Assembly: GCA_051362555.1 (NCBI GenBank)
Contig: CM120641.1
Coordinates: 11,408,001 to 11,472,000 of the forward strand
Source: Lingula anatina
Taxonomy: Eukaryota; Animalia; Brachiopoda
Direction: 5' to 3'
DNA length: 64,000 nt
Positions within the stretch are counted from its first letter, which is position 1, and each line of letters opens with the position of its first letter. Made by a program: the position numbers and the translations under genes. The notes under the pieces were generated by a model. The model was not told where the DNA came from. It saw only the letters and a program-made list of their open reading frames with translations, and ran no database searches. Positions 36,777 to 49,900 of the stretch are shown piece by piece.

Positions 36777-37914
36777 ATATACTCATGATATGTAACAGAA
36801 AACTACTTGAGAAAAGGATGGGTTTTGGTACTTTTTGTTGGGACCATATGCGCAGCAAAAACTGGGCCAGATGGACCAGCTAAAAGAGTCAGTGTGGTGA
36901 GAAATAATATGAAACCCTATATGGAATGAGAATTAGGAACTTCTGCCAATTTTTATACCACAGTCAACCTCAACCTATTCAGTTGTACATAACAGAAAGT
37001 ACCATTTATGCATGTACCTTATCTATATATGCACAAGTAAAATTTTAAAATTTTTGTGCCATTTTAAAGAGTTGAAATTACCATTTAAAAAACATTTGAT
37101 TTGCTCAGCTACTGCGTTCATGTACTTCGCTATACCAGTATGACTGTTATTGAGTGTCGCACTAAATGTGCATCCCAATTATCTAACTTTTAGATGGTAC
37201 AAATAAATATGAATTTAAATTTTGCACCTTTTCAAAATGTCTAGTAGTTTGAAATATCACTCAGCCGCTATAATTCCCACATACTTTTTTTTCGATAGAT
37301 GAACTTTTTCATGCTGAGACTGAAAGATATGAGGTGAAAATTATCATCAGTTTCTGTCTACACTCAAGTCTGAATATGTTGTAAAAAAGGAAATCATAAT
37401 ATCACTCAATCACTTATTTAAATCGCTGTGGATAGGTTTTAGGTATGTTTTGAAATAATAAGTCCATTTATCATTGCAATATATCCTGGTTATAATCTTA
37501 ACCTCTCTACCCGATACTCACTTATCTCCACATACCTTTTTCAAACACGGGTCATTTTCACCGAATCATTATTATGGATAAACAATTTTTATCTGTTTTG
37601 AGATTTACAGAGACTATCAACAGGTGATTACTGTGGCCATGTTTTGTCCTGCTTATGAGGACTAAGTTTAACTGATCACTAATGGTTTGAATTATGGTTC
37701 TCAAAGCCCTGTCACATACCATGGTTAGTTAAGACCGGACTCAGCCCCCTTATTTATTGATTGGGGTGTTCCTTCAGGGAGCAAGTGAAGTCCTCATAAA
37801 GAGGATACCACATTGTTATAACCATGGTAATCATCTGTTGATAGACATATAAAGCCCATGCAGATATAGATTTGAAATCTTTGTGCACATATACTATCTC
37901 ATCTGGATATATAA

Positions 37915-38081
37915 CAGGCCCGTAGCCAGCAATTTCAAAAGGGGGGTTCGTTTTCTGAAAAAGTGGACCTTTTTCCATAAAAACTTCATGTACCTAGATC
38001 AAATTTTACCCAGAGTAGACCTTTTTCCAGCAAAAGGGGCGGTTCTTTCGAACCCCCCGAACCCCCCTGGCTACGGGCCTG
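37915..38081. mobile_element. MITE with CAGGCCCGTAGCCAG TIRs and 5-bp TSD
   Basis: TATAA|CAGGCCCGTAGCCAG...CTGGCTACGGGCCTG|TATAA; closely similar inverted copy at 45552-45718. Confidence 0.85.
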
Positions 38082-38794
38082 TATAACAATCCTCATAATA
38101 CAATCACAATAATACCAGCTTTGTTCTTCATAAGAAATATAAAAATTACACATGAGAGACGACTCAGAATGTTAGAGAGAAAGCATGAACTGCAGACTTA
38201 AGTCTTGACTGCATGTATGTCACTTTGTGCTGTTTTCCAGTAATGATGTATGTATTACTTCAGAGTGGATCAGTGTGGAGTAAAGTCTGTATACTAGTAG
38301 AGGACTGTTGACTTATCCTCTTGAACTGTGTGCCCTTGATAAAATGTAAATTTCATCTGCAGTGATGCCCATAATGAGGAGATAATTTGAGCCTACCCTC
38401 AGTCTGTGTAATTGTTGTAATCATAATAGAAAATGAATTACTTACTAGGTTAATTACCATATTAGATCGTACTGCAACTGGCACCTATGAAAAATGTATT
38501 TTATGACAGGTCAAATCCTTGTTATTATTATTTTTTTTAACATGAAGAAAAGATAAATGCCACTTTATGACTTTTTAGTAGATGGATGTATATTTGCCTG
38601 GATTATAATGGAGTAAATGCTTACAATTATCATCTTGGGTCATGTTGCAATTGTCTACCAAAGACCTCCTAGGTGCTGACATATTTTTTTAAATGCTAGT
38701 TGGACAAATGTACATGGAATGTCCAGAGAAATAAATCTGAACATCTAGTGGTAAGATTTTCTCTGTGACCCTGAGATGCTGAATCGTCTGTTTT

Positions 38795-38962
38795 AATATC
38801 ACATATCCCCTGTCGGCCCTCAGGTCAGACAGAAGTGATAAAATATCTGAATATCACATTATCCTCTGCCTTTCCTCAGCTCACACAGAAGGGATAAAAT
38901 ATCTTAATATCACATATCCTCTGCCTGTCCTCAGCTCAGACAAAAGTGGCAAAATACCTGAA
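38795..38962. repeat. Three-copy ~55-bp minisatellite
   Basis: AATATCACATATCC..TG..CCTCAG.TCA.ACAGAAG.GATAAAATATCT units start at 38795, 38850 and 38906. Confidence 0.85.
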
Positions 38963-41145
38963 AAGTACAGGTGTGTTTTTGGATTGTGACTCAACAATAA
39001 GATGATTCAAACCTATCATTGCAACATATTTTTATATTTTGAAATATTTACTTAACCTGGTGATATTTGTTACAGATGCAGTGGTGGTGTCAGAAGTGCA
39101 TCTCCATCTCCTTTATGATTATTTCACATTATTATTAAGGGATCATTCACAGAAATTTCATTGTGAACAGTCCCTAAGATGTAATTGCCAGTTTGTTCAT
39201 ATGTTCCTGTACAATGATTCTTTATTTACAAGATTTCTCCCGTCCAATGACTTTGTAGCACAGTGGCAGCACAAATAACAGTGCCAGGGATACAGTTGAT
39301 GATACTGTAATTTGAGGAACTGAGATGAAATGGGAAATAAAGAATGTTGTGCATATTTCCATTGGGATTTTATATAAATGATTTGTTTTTAAACTTTGGT
39401 TCATCTTACTGCATGGTATATGGTATCTGAGACATTTTCCTTAGCTCAAGAACCTATAGTAACTGTGTAATTCTCATCATCAACTTGAAGAAAAAGTTCA
39501 CGGTTCGCCAATTTTTGATAACATTTATTGTATTTTTTTGTATGAGAATTTGTTGAGCTGTTTAGACCTTGCCTGACTGGGGTTAGGCCTTTTTATGTCT
39601 TCCACAGAAAACTGGCAACAAAAGGTTTGACATGAGAAAGAAGAGGTTTTCTATTCAGGAATCTTAAAATTATGGGTTACATTGTGTAATCCTTTTTTTA
39701 TGCACTTTTGTTCTCTGTGTTCATGTTGTGGTATACTAGTACTCTAGTTGGTATTCCACCAATTCAATCGTGAGATAGAGATCACAAATTATATGCTGAA
39801 GCAGTGAGGAAAAAAAACCAAGTACTAGTAGGTCCTGGACTCCTAGTGTGCATACCCTGCTTAGCCATGGCTGTTTAGTCATCTGTATGTAAACAGCTGG
39901 CAGAATTACTAGGCACATAATAACCATGGAAATGTTCACATTTAATGTTTCATTGCATCCTGCAGTTTTACATATGACCTCTAAATAATTCCTATTGTGG
40001 GTTATTCAACAAAAGCACAGTTGAATATATAATTATATATCTATGGATATTATGAAATGGAATTGAAGCGGAATGAATTTGTTAACTAGGACATTGGTTT
40101 TGTGCGTGGGATATTACAGCTTGTTGAGTGATGAAAGGATAAAAGAGGCGTATACCACCGGTAATAATATACAGTGTATACGGCATTGGATAACTTAGAT
40201 CTTTCTCAGGATTTTTTTATTTAGGACACAGATGTGTATAAAGGGAGGTCAACTTAATATGGCTGGGGTGTTTATCTCCATCTATTACCCAGGGTAAAAA
40301 CTTGATGGAGCCCAGTATATTGACTGATAATTCTTGGTGCCACGTAAGCAGCAGCTTAGGAGTTTTGTGCATCCAAGTGAGATGAGAAAGCTTTAGGGTT
40401 GAACAGACCCAAAAAGAATAGACACAATTTGGGTTGGTGAACAGGTTTTGAGCATATCAGGTTACAAGCCAGACTTTTACATTAAATGCGCAAAGCGAGA
40501 GTTGAGTGTATTGATAACAAGTGGTTTGTTTGATGTAAGAATATTCTTGCTATAAATAATGTATAGATAAATCTAGGATATATACGTGTTGTGTCTTAGT
40601 ATTTGGATAAGGCAGCTTATCATGTTATTATATGAAGGAAAATGAATAGTAAGCAACAGAGACAATTTGGTGCAGTAACGGGTTTATAGGCTACCAGGAT
40701 GTGTTCCTAAATAGGAGAATGGAGTTGAGCATGATTATGAAAATGTTAAATGGAAGTCCTACACAGTCGCTTCTTTGGTTCATCACATTAATTTTAACCT
40801 GGCTGCCACAGAATATGTAAGTTGTATAAATGTATGCAGGTAGTCAGTTTTATACAGTATGAACTGTAATTGGACATAGATGGGTTTATTTTCAGGACTG
40901 AGAGAACAAAGTCACAAGATGTACACATGAAACCTGCGCAGTTCCCTTGAAGTTGTCCAGGTGTTTGGAGTTCATTCAACGGTGCTGTCCAGTTAATATA
41001 TCTGATCTGTTCCTGTGTATCACTGTATGTGATACTTGCCAGCTGTATTGTGGCGACCGCAGCCCCCAGCCCCCGTCTCCCCACCCCCCAGCCCAATGTA
41101 AGAGCCAGTGTTCAGCCCAGCCAGGAGGAGGTCAACGTACAGCAC

Positions 41146-42168
41146 ATGATGGGCAGGCTCCTGGAAGTAAGCAGCCTCACCAAGGAGGAGTGTGATCGCA
41201 TTTTACAAGTCATCCAGAAGGACTTTGAATTGCGTGAACAAGAGAAAAAGAGGCTGAGGTTAGTTTTCAATGCTAAATAACTTCTTTTATGCAAGCGCCC
41301 GATTTTAAACAATAACCTTGTTAAGAAAGTGCTTAAACTAATAAAAAAAATTATACCTACATTAACAGTACAATAACTATCATTATCCAACATACAAAAT
41401 CTGTGTGAATCGAAAAATTTAATGGCTGATAGTCCTAATAAATACTCCACATAAGAAGATGTCTACCACTGAGTCTTGGGCTCTATTCCCATAGATTTTA
41501 GATCGATCTATCCCCGCGGGGAGTCTCACTAGATTACTTTCAGATAATCCGACTTAAATGTCCGTCCCGCCTACTACAAGCTGTAAGAGGGTAATTAATT
41601 TTCGTGTCCGCCCGGCTGACAGCTATTTAGCGTGAACCCCCAGGGAGATAGGTCGATCTAAAGTAGGTCGATCTAATCTATGGAAATGGGGTGTTGATGT
41701 GCATGCTGTATATTGCTCATTTAGCTTGATCAAGGAGGAGATCAGTGAAGAGTCCACGAAGACCACAATATTGGCGAAGCAGAAGAACTTTAATGATAAC
41801 TGCTGCATGCGTTGTTTCCGGACATTTGTGTTCCTATTCCGAAGTCGTGTCCATTGTGATGTCTGCAAGTTTAATGTCTGCAAGGATTGCTGTTCCTGGA
41901 ACAAGGAGGTGGAGGTGTACGTCTGCCATGTCTGCCAGAGACAGATGTAAGATTTAGTTGATTTTCTATAAATTTTTTTTTTTATATATAAATATTATGA
42001 ATGAGAGTGCTATCTTGTTTTGCCTTGACTTTGTTATCTTGCTCGAAAGTTTGTTGAACATTTATGCAAACTCACTATCAAAATCAAAAAAAATATCTGG
42101 TCTGTACATATTATTTATATTTTGTTTGAAATTTGTTTTTACTGCTAATACTCAGATTAAAAGTTTAC

Positions 42169-42244
<76 letters not shown>

Positions 42245-43946
42245 GAAAAAGAAAAAAAAACATTTTAGACCAACATTGCGTTAAATGTGGATGGCAGTAC
42301 AGACCCCAGAGGCAGCTTACACCTTTCTAATTCTTTCATAAGTATTCAAGCTGATAGAAATATATTGTCTCTTATATTTTCACTTGTATTTAATATTATC
42401 CGTATTTTGTTTGTTTCTTTGCAGTAATTTAAAATTGCAAAGCTGTGATTGGTTCTATGAAAATGTTCGCAAGAGATTCAAGAGGTTTGGAAGTGCCAAG
42501 GTGCTAAGATCATTGTACAAGAAAAACATTGAGTGTGAGTGTTCAGCTGAAAATGGCCAAATCATATTTTATTACATTTTTACAAGGAAAACAGTATATC
42601 ATCAAAAATGTCGTTTAAAGGTACGCTCCATGAAGTTTACCTGACAGAATGGATTTCCCAGGAAAATATGGATATTTCATGATCTTATGTATTTCATATA
42701 AGTTTTCCATACATTTTGATGCTCCAATTAGGTTTTGTACAGCAAGTGCACATGGACATATTCAGTCATTTCACTTTTGAAGTCCAAAGTTGTTGATATC
42801 AATTAAAAATGGCATGACACTTGACTTGAGGTATGCACTCCCCAAGTACAATCTGGCTTGGTGAAAGTTTTTTCCTTTTGTTTTAGCTGAGAGTGAAAAT
42901 GACAGTGGATATGACCATTCAATTAAAAGTACTCAACAAGGTTTTGGAAAAACTAGGCCGTCATTTCAAAACCTCTTCTTGGAAGAATCACTGAATGGCA
43001 GCGATGGGTTGATGCCACTGGATGAGGTGGAAGGTAACTGCTGTCTGCTGCTTGCTAGAATAATGTAACTTATATTGGAAGACAGTTCTATCTCAAGATG
43101 TACTGAGATGTTGCATTTTCCACATTGGCAAACATAGATTGCAAATTGTTAGCCTTAGTCAACTGTTTTGAGTATTTGGAAATTTGAAAAGAGAGGCGAG
43201 GAAAAGTACATACATTTTATATCGTGAATGGTTTGGTTGATAACATCTTGGAGGGGGGGGGGGGGGAGTTGTTTCACCCCTCCCCCCATTTGCTTGTGCC
43301 TGGTAATGCTGTGTAGCACTACATATATGCCTTTTGATAAATACTCTGAATTTAGATATTTTTATGACACATTTTTTTTAAGGAGTCTATATTGTTTGTG
43401 GAGACAAGTGTTTATTTTCCAGCAGCCAGGCAGTCATATGACACAATAAAGGCTGAAGAGTTTGTCAAGTTTCGAGAAGATCTAAGCAACATTTTGAAAG
43501 AAATGGAAGTCGCACTGGACAGTCATTCACAGGGTGCCCTATCAGAGGAAGACCAAGGCACATGTAAGGCACAAGTCAAATAGAAAAGTAATTTAATAAT
43601 AAATGACAATCTTGTAGATTTATCTGGACATTTGAATGATACATTTTTGTACATCGAAGTAGTGAATAAAAGAATTATTTTAAATTAGTGATTACATATT
43701 TAATTTACTTATCAGATGATGAGGCAATGTCAGCGTATCAGACTCATATTCGCAATACTCTAGCAAACTTAGTGGGTACCATGCACTCCGCTGAACTAAG
43801 TAAGTGTTGATTTGTTTTAAATTTTTGGACAGTACTTTTTATTTTTGAATTAGATAAATCATCTCATTGATCATTTAAAAACACAAAAACATACAAACCA
43901 ACTTAAACACCAATTCAATAAATATATAATATAATATTTAATTGTG

Positions 43947-43988
<42 letters not shown>

Positions 43989-46900
43989 GTAGCACTGTAG
44001 AGTTACAGTAAGTTGCTTGATCTTCACCCTACGTTTCCTAATTAAATGCTATATCAAATTTTCATTTTAGTGACAGCAGGAGGAGATATGATGGCTGCTC
44101 CTACTCATGAGAACATCAAAGAACTGGTGACAAAACAAGCAGAACAGGTGCTTGGAAGGCCTTTGGAGTTGGTAATTACAACATTTATCCTGTCATGTAA
44201 CAAAAACCAGACAGATGCGTGATCAAAACTGTCTTTCTCTTTTTGTCATTCTTTTATTTCAGAATTGCATTGCTTTTGGTTTCCTAGGTTTTTTTTTTAT
44301 AATTTTTCTTACTTTATGTTTTATGTTTATATCTTTGTAATGGCACTTGTTTTCCTATGCCACCGTCCAGCCCATTGTGGACCCCTCACTGCCCAATACC
44401 TCAGTAGACAGTGGTCAGCCCTTTGAGGATCTACTCTCCAGAGCACTGGTTCATAATGTGAGTGTATATCAGAAGTTTACTTAAAAAGCTGATATAGCAG
44501 GGGATGCTTCTTGAATTTCAGTTTTTTTTTTTTTTTTGTTTTTTTTCTACTTTCAGTTTTATGAAAGTTATTAAAAGATGTTTGTAAAATAGCTTAGAAC
44601 TTTGCTCAGCTGTCTCTTTAATTTACCACTGAAAATTTAGAGTCTTCATGATTGATCCAATCTAGAAAAATAGTGGAAGAAAGAAGAAAATTGAACAATA
44701 TTGGTTTAGTACTAAGGAGCTATTAATAATTTGCTCTAGTATCTCCTTTGTTTATACACATATATAGACACTGCTAATAGCATTTGCTGTTTTCTTTTTC
44801 ACAAATTTAAGAACTTTAAGTCTCATTTATTGATTTCACCAAAAAGTGTAACTTTCTTTCTAATCAGCCAATATTTTGATTCAATACTTCAAATGGCTTC
44901 TAACTGACATTAATACATATTTTAGGTGCTAGAAAAATACAGACATCAAGCCAGAACCAAACAGGAACAGTTAGATTTAAGACAAACTGCACCTTTGTCC
45001 AATGAAGATTTGTCAACTATCTCTGGTGTGGATGAAGTGAATTTAGATGATAGTACTCTCCAGGAACACCAGGTGCCACTACCGTCATTCAAAGAAGATG
45101 ACAGTATGAGAGAGGTGGACCCAGATATGCTGTCTGTGGCAGGGACAGATTACTCATCTGTGCTCCCTGAGACGGATGTAGAGAGTCACTTGACCTGGGA
45201 CACAGAATCTGCTGTGTCCAACCGAAGTTGGACAGGAAATTGGTTTTTTAGAGAGAAACATCAAATCTCCCCATATGATAACTTTGGGAATAAGATATTA
45301 GGTAATACAGAGAGGGAAGACTCTTTGATGATGTACGTTCCCAAAGCTAACCAGCCTCTTGCTGCCACAGTTGGAGAGAAGTAAGTCCAGTATAGGCCTG
45401 TTGATTTAGCACTGGTCTAAGTTTGTAACTTAATACATATATTATTTTGATTGTGATAAAAGTAATCATGATGTTGAACATGTTTATATAATTTGTAGCT
45501 TTTATGTAATAAGGAGATGTTTTTGCAATGAATTTATTCATCATTAGATTTCAGGCCCGTAGCCAGGGGGGGTTCGGGGGGTTCGAAAGAACCCCCCTTT
45601 TTGCTGGAAAAAGGTCCACTCTGGGTAAAATTTGACCTAGGTACATGGGGATTATATGGTAAAAGGTCCACTTTTTCAGAAAAAGAACCCCCCTTTCAAA
45701 TTGCTGGCTACGGGCCTGGATTATCAGGCAGTTTTGAGGTTAGAATAAATAGTAGATATAAGCATTATTACAGAGACTACACAGGTTTTTCTACTATGAT
45801 GTTTCAACCTTCCTTATAACACAAGAAAAAAAACCTATTTCACCATTGTTGTGGAATGGTTTGGTGGTATATATTTGCAATATTATGACTCCGCTACATT
45901 TTTACCATGGACCATGATGGAAATGAATATAAATTATATAATGTGAAACATTTCAATGAATTATAAATATTAAACTTCAGGAATGTTGATGATCTCTCTG
46001 AACTTTCTGATGACACCCTGACAGATGACGAAGAGGACACTGTGGATATGGAATGTTCACCTGATGTCTTGACAAAGTACCAACATTTTCTGGAGGGAGA
46101 GGAAGAGGATGAGGATGAAGATGAACTAGAATCTCTGGCATCTTTCAATGCTGCTATTCTAGATGACAGCGAGGGTTCTTTTTCTCCAAGAACGAGCTCT
46201 TTCAAAAAAGAAAAAAGATCAGAAAATTTGAAGAGTAAAAAGAAACATGCCAGGAAGACTGGGGACAAATTCCCAGCAGAGACCAGTCCAAATAGCTCAG
46301 AAAGGTTGGAATTATCATCTCTGCAAAGAACAGCTGCATCCAATCAGCTTCCTGTACAAGAAGTTCAGGATTCCACAAAGGAAATTAAGTCTCCAAAAGA
46401 AGCATCCCCAGGCCATCTTACAGGCACAGTGAGTGAGACCATAAGCGATGACGAGCCCATAGAGTCAGGAATGGAAGTAGATGATCCAAAATTTGTGATA
46501 AAACCTATAAGTGTCAAAGTCCTTGAAGGAGAAACTGCACAAATTAAGTGTGAAGTAAAAGGCACACAGCCAATAGGTAGGTCTTGGCTCACTATTGAGC
46601 ATTGTAGATGATATGCATGAAAGTTCATTTGCTTGTTCCTGTTTGTGTTATATTTTCATGTTTGAATAGTTGTAACAGGATGAACAGCAACTCATTAGTC
46701 TAGAATAAATCATAAAGGTTTTCACAGAACACAACTTCTGAAAATTAATTTGAATGACTATACTCTGAGTCCACTGCTTGCTTATTTCCATTGGAGTGTT
46801 CTCTTTCTTTATTGATTATTTTATATTATATTATTTGACACTTTCAGATGTCTTTTGGTATCGGGACAACAAGACAGTGGTCCAGCTAGAAGATGAAGAT

Positions 46901-49900
46901 AAATACGAGTGCAGCACAGAAGCAGATATCCATACACTGGAAGTGTTTGATACCACCAAGGCTGACCAGGGCCAGTACATGTGTATAGTGATCAATGAGA
47001 AAGGGCAGTCCTACTGGACATTTGGCTTGAAAGTTGAAGGTATGCAAATAATGTTTTGTATCTGTCCTGTTGGATATTTGGTGGTAAGCTACCAGTAGTA
47101 TTATTGTATTGTCTTGTATTGTTAATCATCATTATGTACCTCTTCTGTCACCAGACTAGGCATTTCTAATAGTGTGCCCAATGTTGCAAAACTGGAAGAA
47201 CTAATATTGGCATATTTTACTTTGTAAGAAGCATATAAACATAGTAATTGTTTCCTCTACCACTGAAACACTAGTGTCCTCAATATTTGTGCCCATAAAA
47301 GACGTGATGGGGACATTTTTATATGTGAAATTATAGGGTTTCATGACTAAAAAACATGTATTATTTGGTGGAACATGCCACTTGGTCGTCCCCTTTCTCC
47401 AGTTATTACATTAGACAGGTGATTTGATGCCCTTGTTAAGAATTAAAGATATTATCACAGTAGCAATTTGAAGAAAATGAACTGGTATTTTATCATTTGT
47501 AGATTTTAATCTTTGGAGGATGCACATTGCCTGAGCTATTTAAATGCCTCATTTATAAAGTCAAGTTGTGGTTCAGGAGATTATTTTACTGCATTTTTCT
47601 TTTCACTGGCAATGCTGTGCTAATTTTATTTTTAAGATAACCCAATGGATAAGAGCAAACCTGAATTCCTGAAACAACCAGCCAGTGTGGAGGTCATTGA
47701 AGGTCAAAGTGCAAAGTTGAGGTGCAAGGTCAAGGGTTATCCACCACCCAGGGTATTGTGGTTTAAAGATGGAAAGAAGATCTATAGCTCAGAAGAGTGC
47801 ACAATTAGTAAGTATTTAAGTAGGTAGAGAGAGGGAATGAATTGGGGGGGGGGGGGGGGGGGTCAGGGCTGTCACACATGAGACCTTTGGTCAAACTGCT
47901 GTCCTGTCAATAATATCTCACATTGCTTCTTGCTACTTAGGTATTTAAGTGTCCCTTTTTTGGCAGGTCAAATGTGACACAATTGTAATTATTGAGCAAT
48001 TGAAGTTACATAAACCCCTGATCAACAGTAAATTCATATTTGAATTATGTTTTAACATTTAGACCAAGAAAAATTTTAATGCATTCAGTTTCCTGAAATT
48101 TGATAGAACAGAAACATAAGGACAGACAAAATTGAAAAGTTGGTTAATGAGGAACAGCTGTTTGTATTTATTTTTCTTTTAAACATACGGTATTTAACAA
48201 GCATATAACTGCTTAATTATAGGGATGGTCTGATTTCCATAATGGTGATGCTGGTGTACCAAATAATAAATTTTGTCTAGGCTAACATTGATTTTTTTTC
48301 TTTTTTTTTTTTTTGCTATAGTGAAAACAGGCAATAGAGACTACATGCTGTATATTGATGCAGCTTCCTTAGATGATGATGCAGAATACACGGTGTCTGC
48401 CAGGAATATCTGCGGAGAAGTGAAATGTTCTGTAGAGTTGCTAGTAGAGCCTGCCCCAGAGGGTAAGTGAGACAGAAATTTTGAGTGTTTGGTAAATGCC
48501 TAAAATTCTAATGTTCACATACTCCACTCTGTTGAGTTACCTGCACAGTAGTTAGATATTATTATTATTATTATTTTGTTTTACGTTTTATTTATTATGC
48601 AGCTGCTTATAGTATACCTTTTCTTTAAACTTGCTTTATAAGGAAAAATACTTAGAAAAAGATCAATAAAAGGGGAAAATGACAAGCATTTTTTTCCAAG
48701 GTATCTGCCTTTTTATGTACAGACACAGATGATAAGTGGAAGACAGTTTTACTTTTTGGCTTTATATTTACAGAGCTGATGAATATTCATAAAACGCAGG
48801 TCAAGTTCGAAAATCAGCATGATCGGGCTATTATTGTAGAAGTTATGCTGTTTTTTCACTTTTCAGCATATATGCAACCCTGTAAACACATTTAAAGGAA
48901 AACCATTAGGCCTGTTGTCATGAAACTCACAGGAATAATCAATCTTACTGAAACGCAGGTCAAGTTCGAAAATCGGCATGATCGGGCTATTATTGTAGAA
49001 GTTATGCTGTTTTTATGTACAGACACAGATGTGTCTGTACATATAGCCATCATCTGCGTCTGTCGTCGCCGTCGCCGTCGCCGTCGCCGTGCACTTTTAC
49101 CGATAACACGATAAATGGAAAACTGTTTTTTCTTTTGGTATGAAACTTACAGAACTGATGAATATTCATAATACGCAGGTCAAGTTCGAAAATCAGCATG
49201 ATCGGGTCACTTTTAGGGAATTTATGCTGTTTTTTCACTTTTTTCAGCATATATGCAGCACTGATAACACGATAAGTGGAAAACCATTTTACCTTTTGGC
49301 TTGAAAGTTACAGAACTGATTAATATTCATAATACACAGGTCAAGTTCGAAAATCAGCATGATCAGGTCACTTTTAGGGAATTTATGCTGTTTTTTCACT
49401 TTTTTCAGCATATATGCAGCACTGATAACACGATAAGTGAAAAACCATTTTACCTTTTGGCTTGAAAGTTACAGAACTGATTAATATTCATAATACACAG
49501 GTCAAGTTCGAAAATCAGCATGATTGGGTCATTTTTAGGGAATTTATGCTGTTTTTTCACTTTTTTCAGCATATATGCAACCCCGATAACACGATAAGTG
49601 GAAAACCATCCTACCTTTTGGCTTGAAACTTACAAAACTGATTAATATTCATAATACACAGGTCAAGTTCGAAAATCAGCATGATTGGGTCATTTTTAGG
49701 GAATTTATGCTGTTTTTTCACTATTTTTCAGCATATATGCAGCACCGATAACACCATAAGTGGAAAACCAATTTACCTTTTGGCTTGAAACTTGTAGAAC
49801 TGATAAATATTCATAATACGCAAGTCAAGTTCGAAAATCAGCATGATTGGATTATTGTTAGGGAATTTATGCTGTTTTTTCACTTTTTTCAGCATATATG

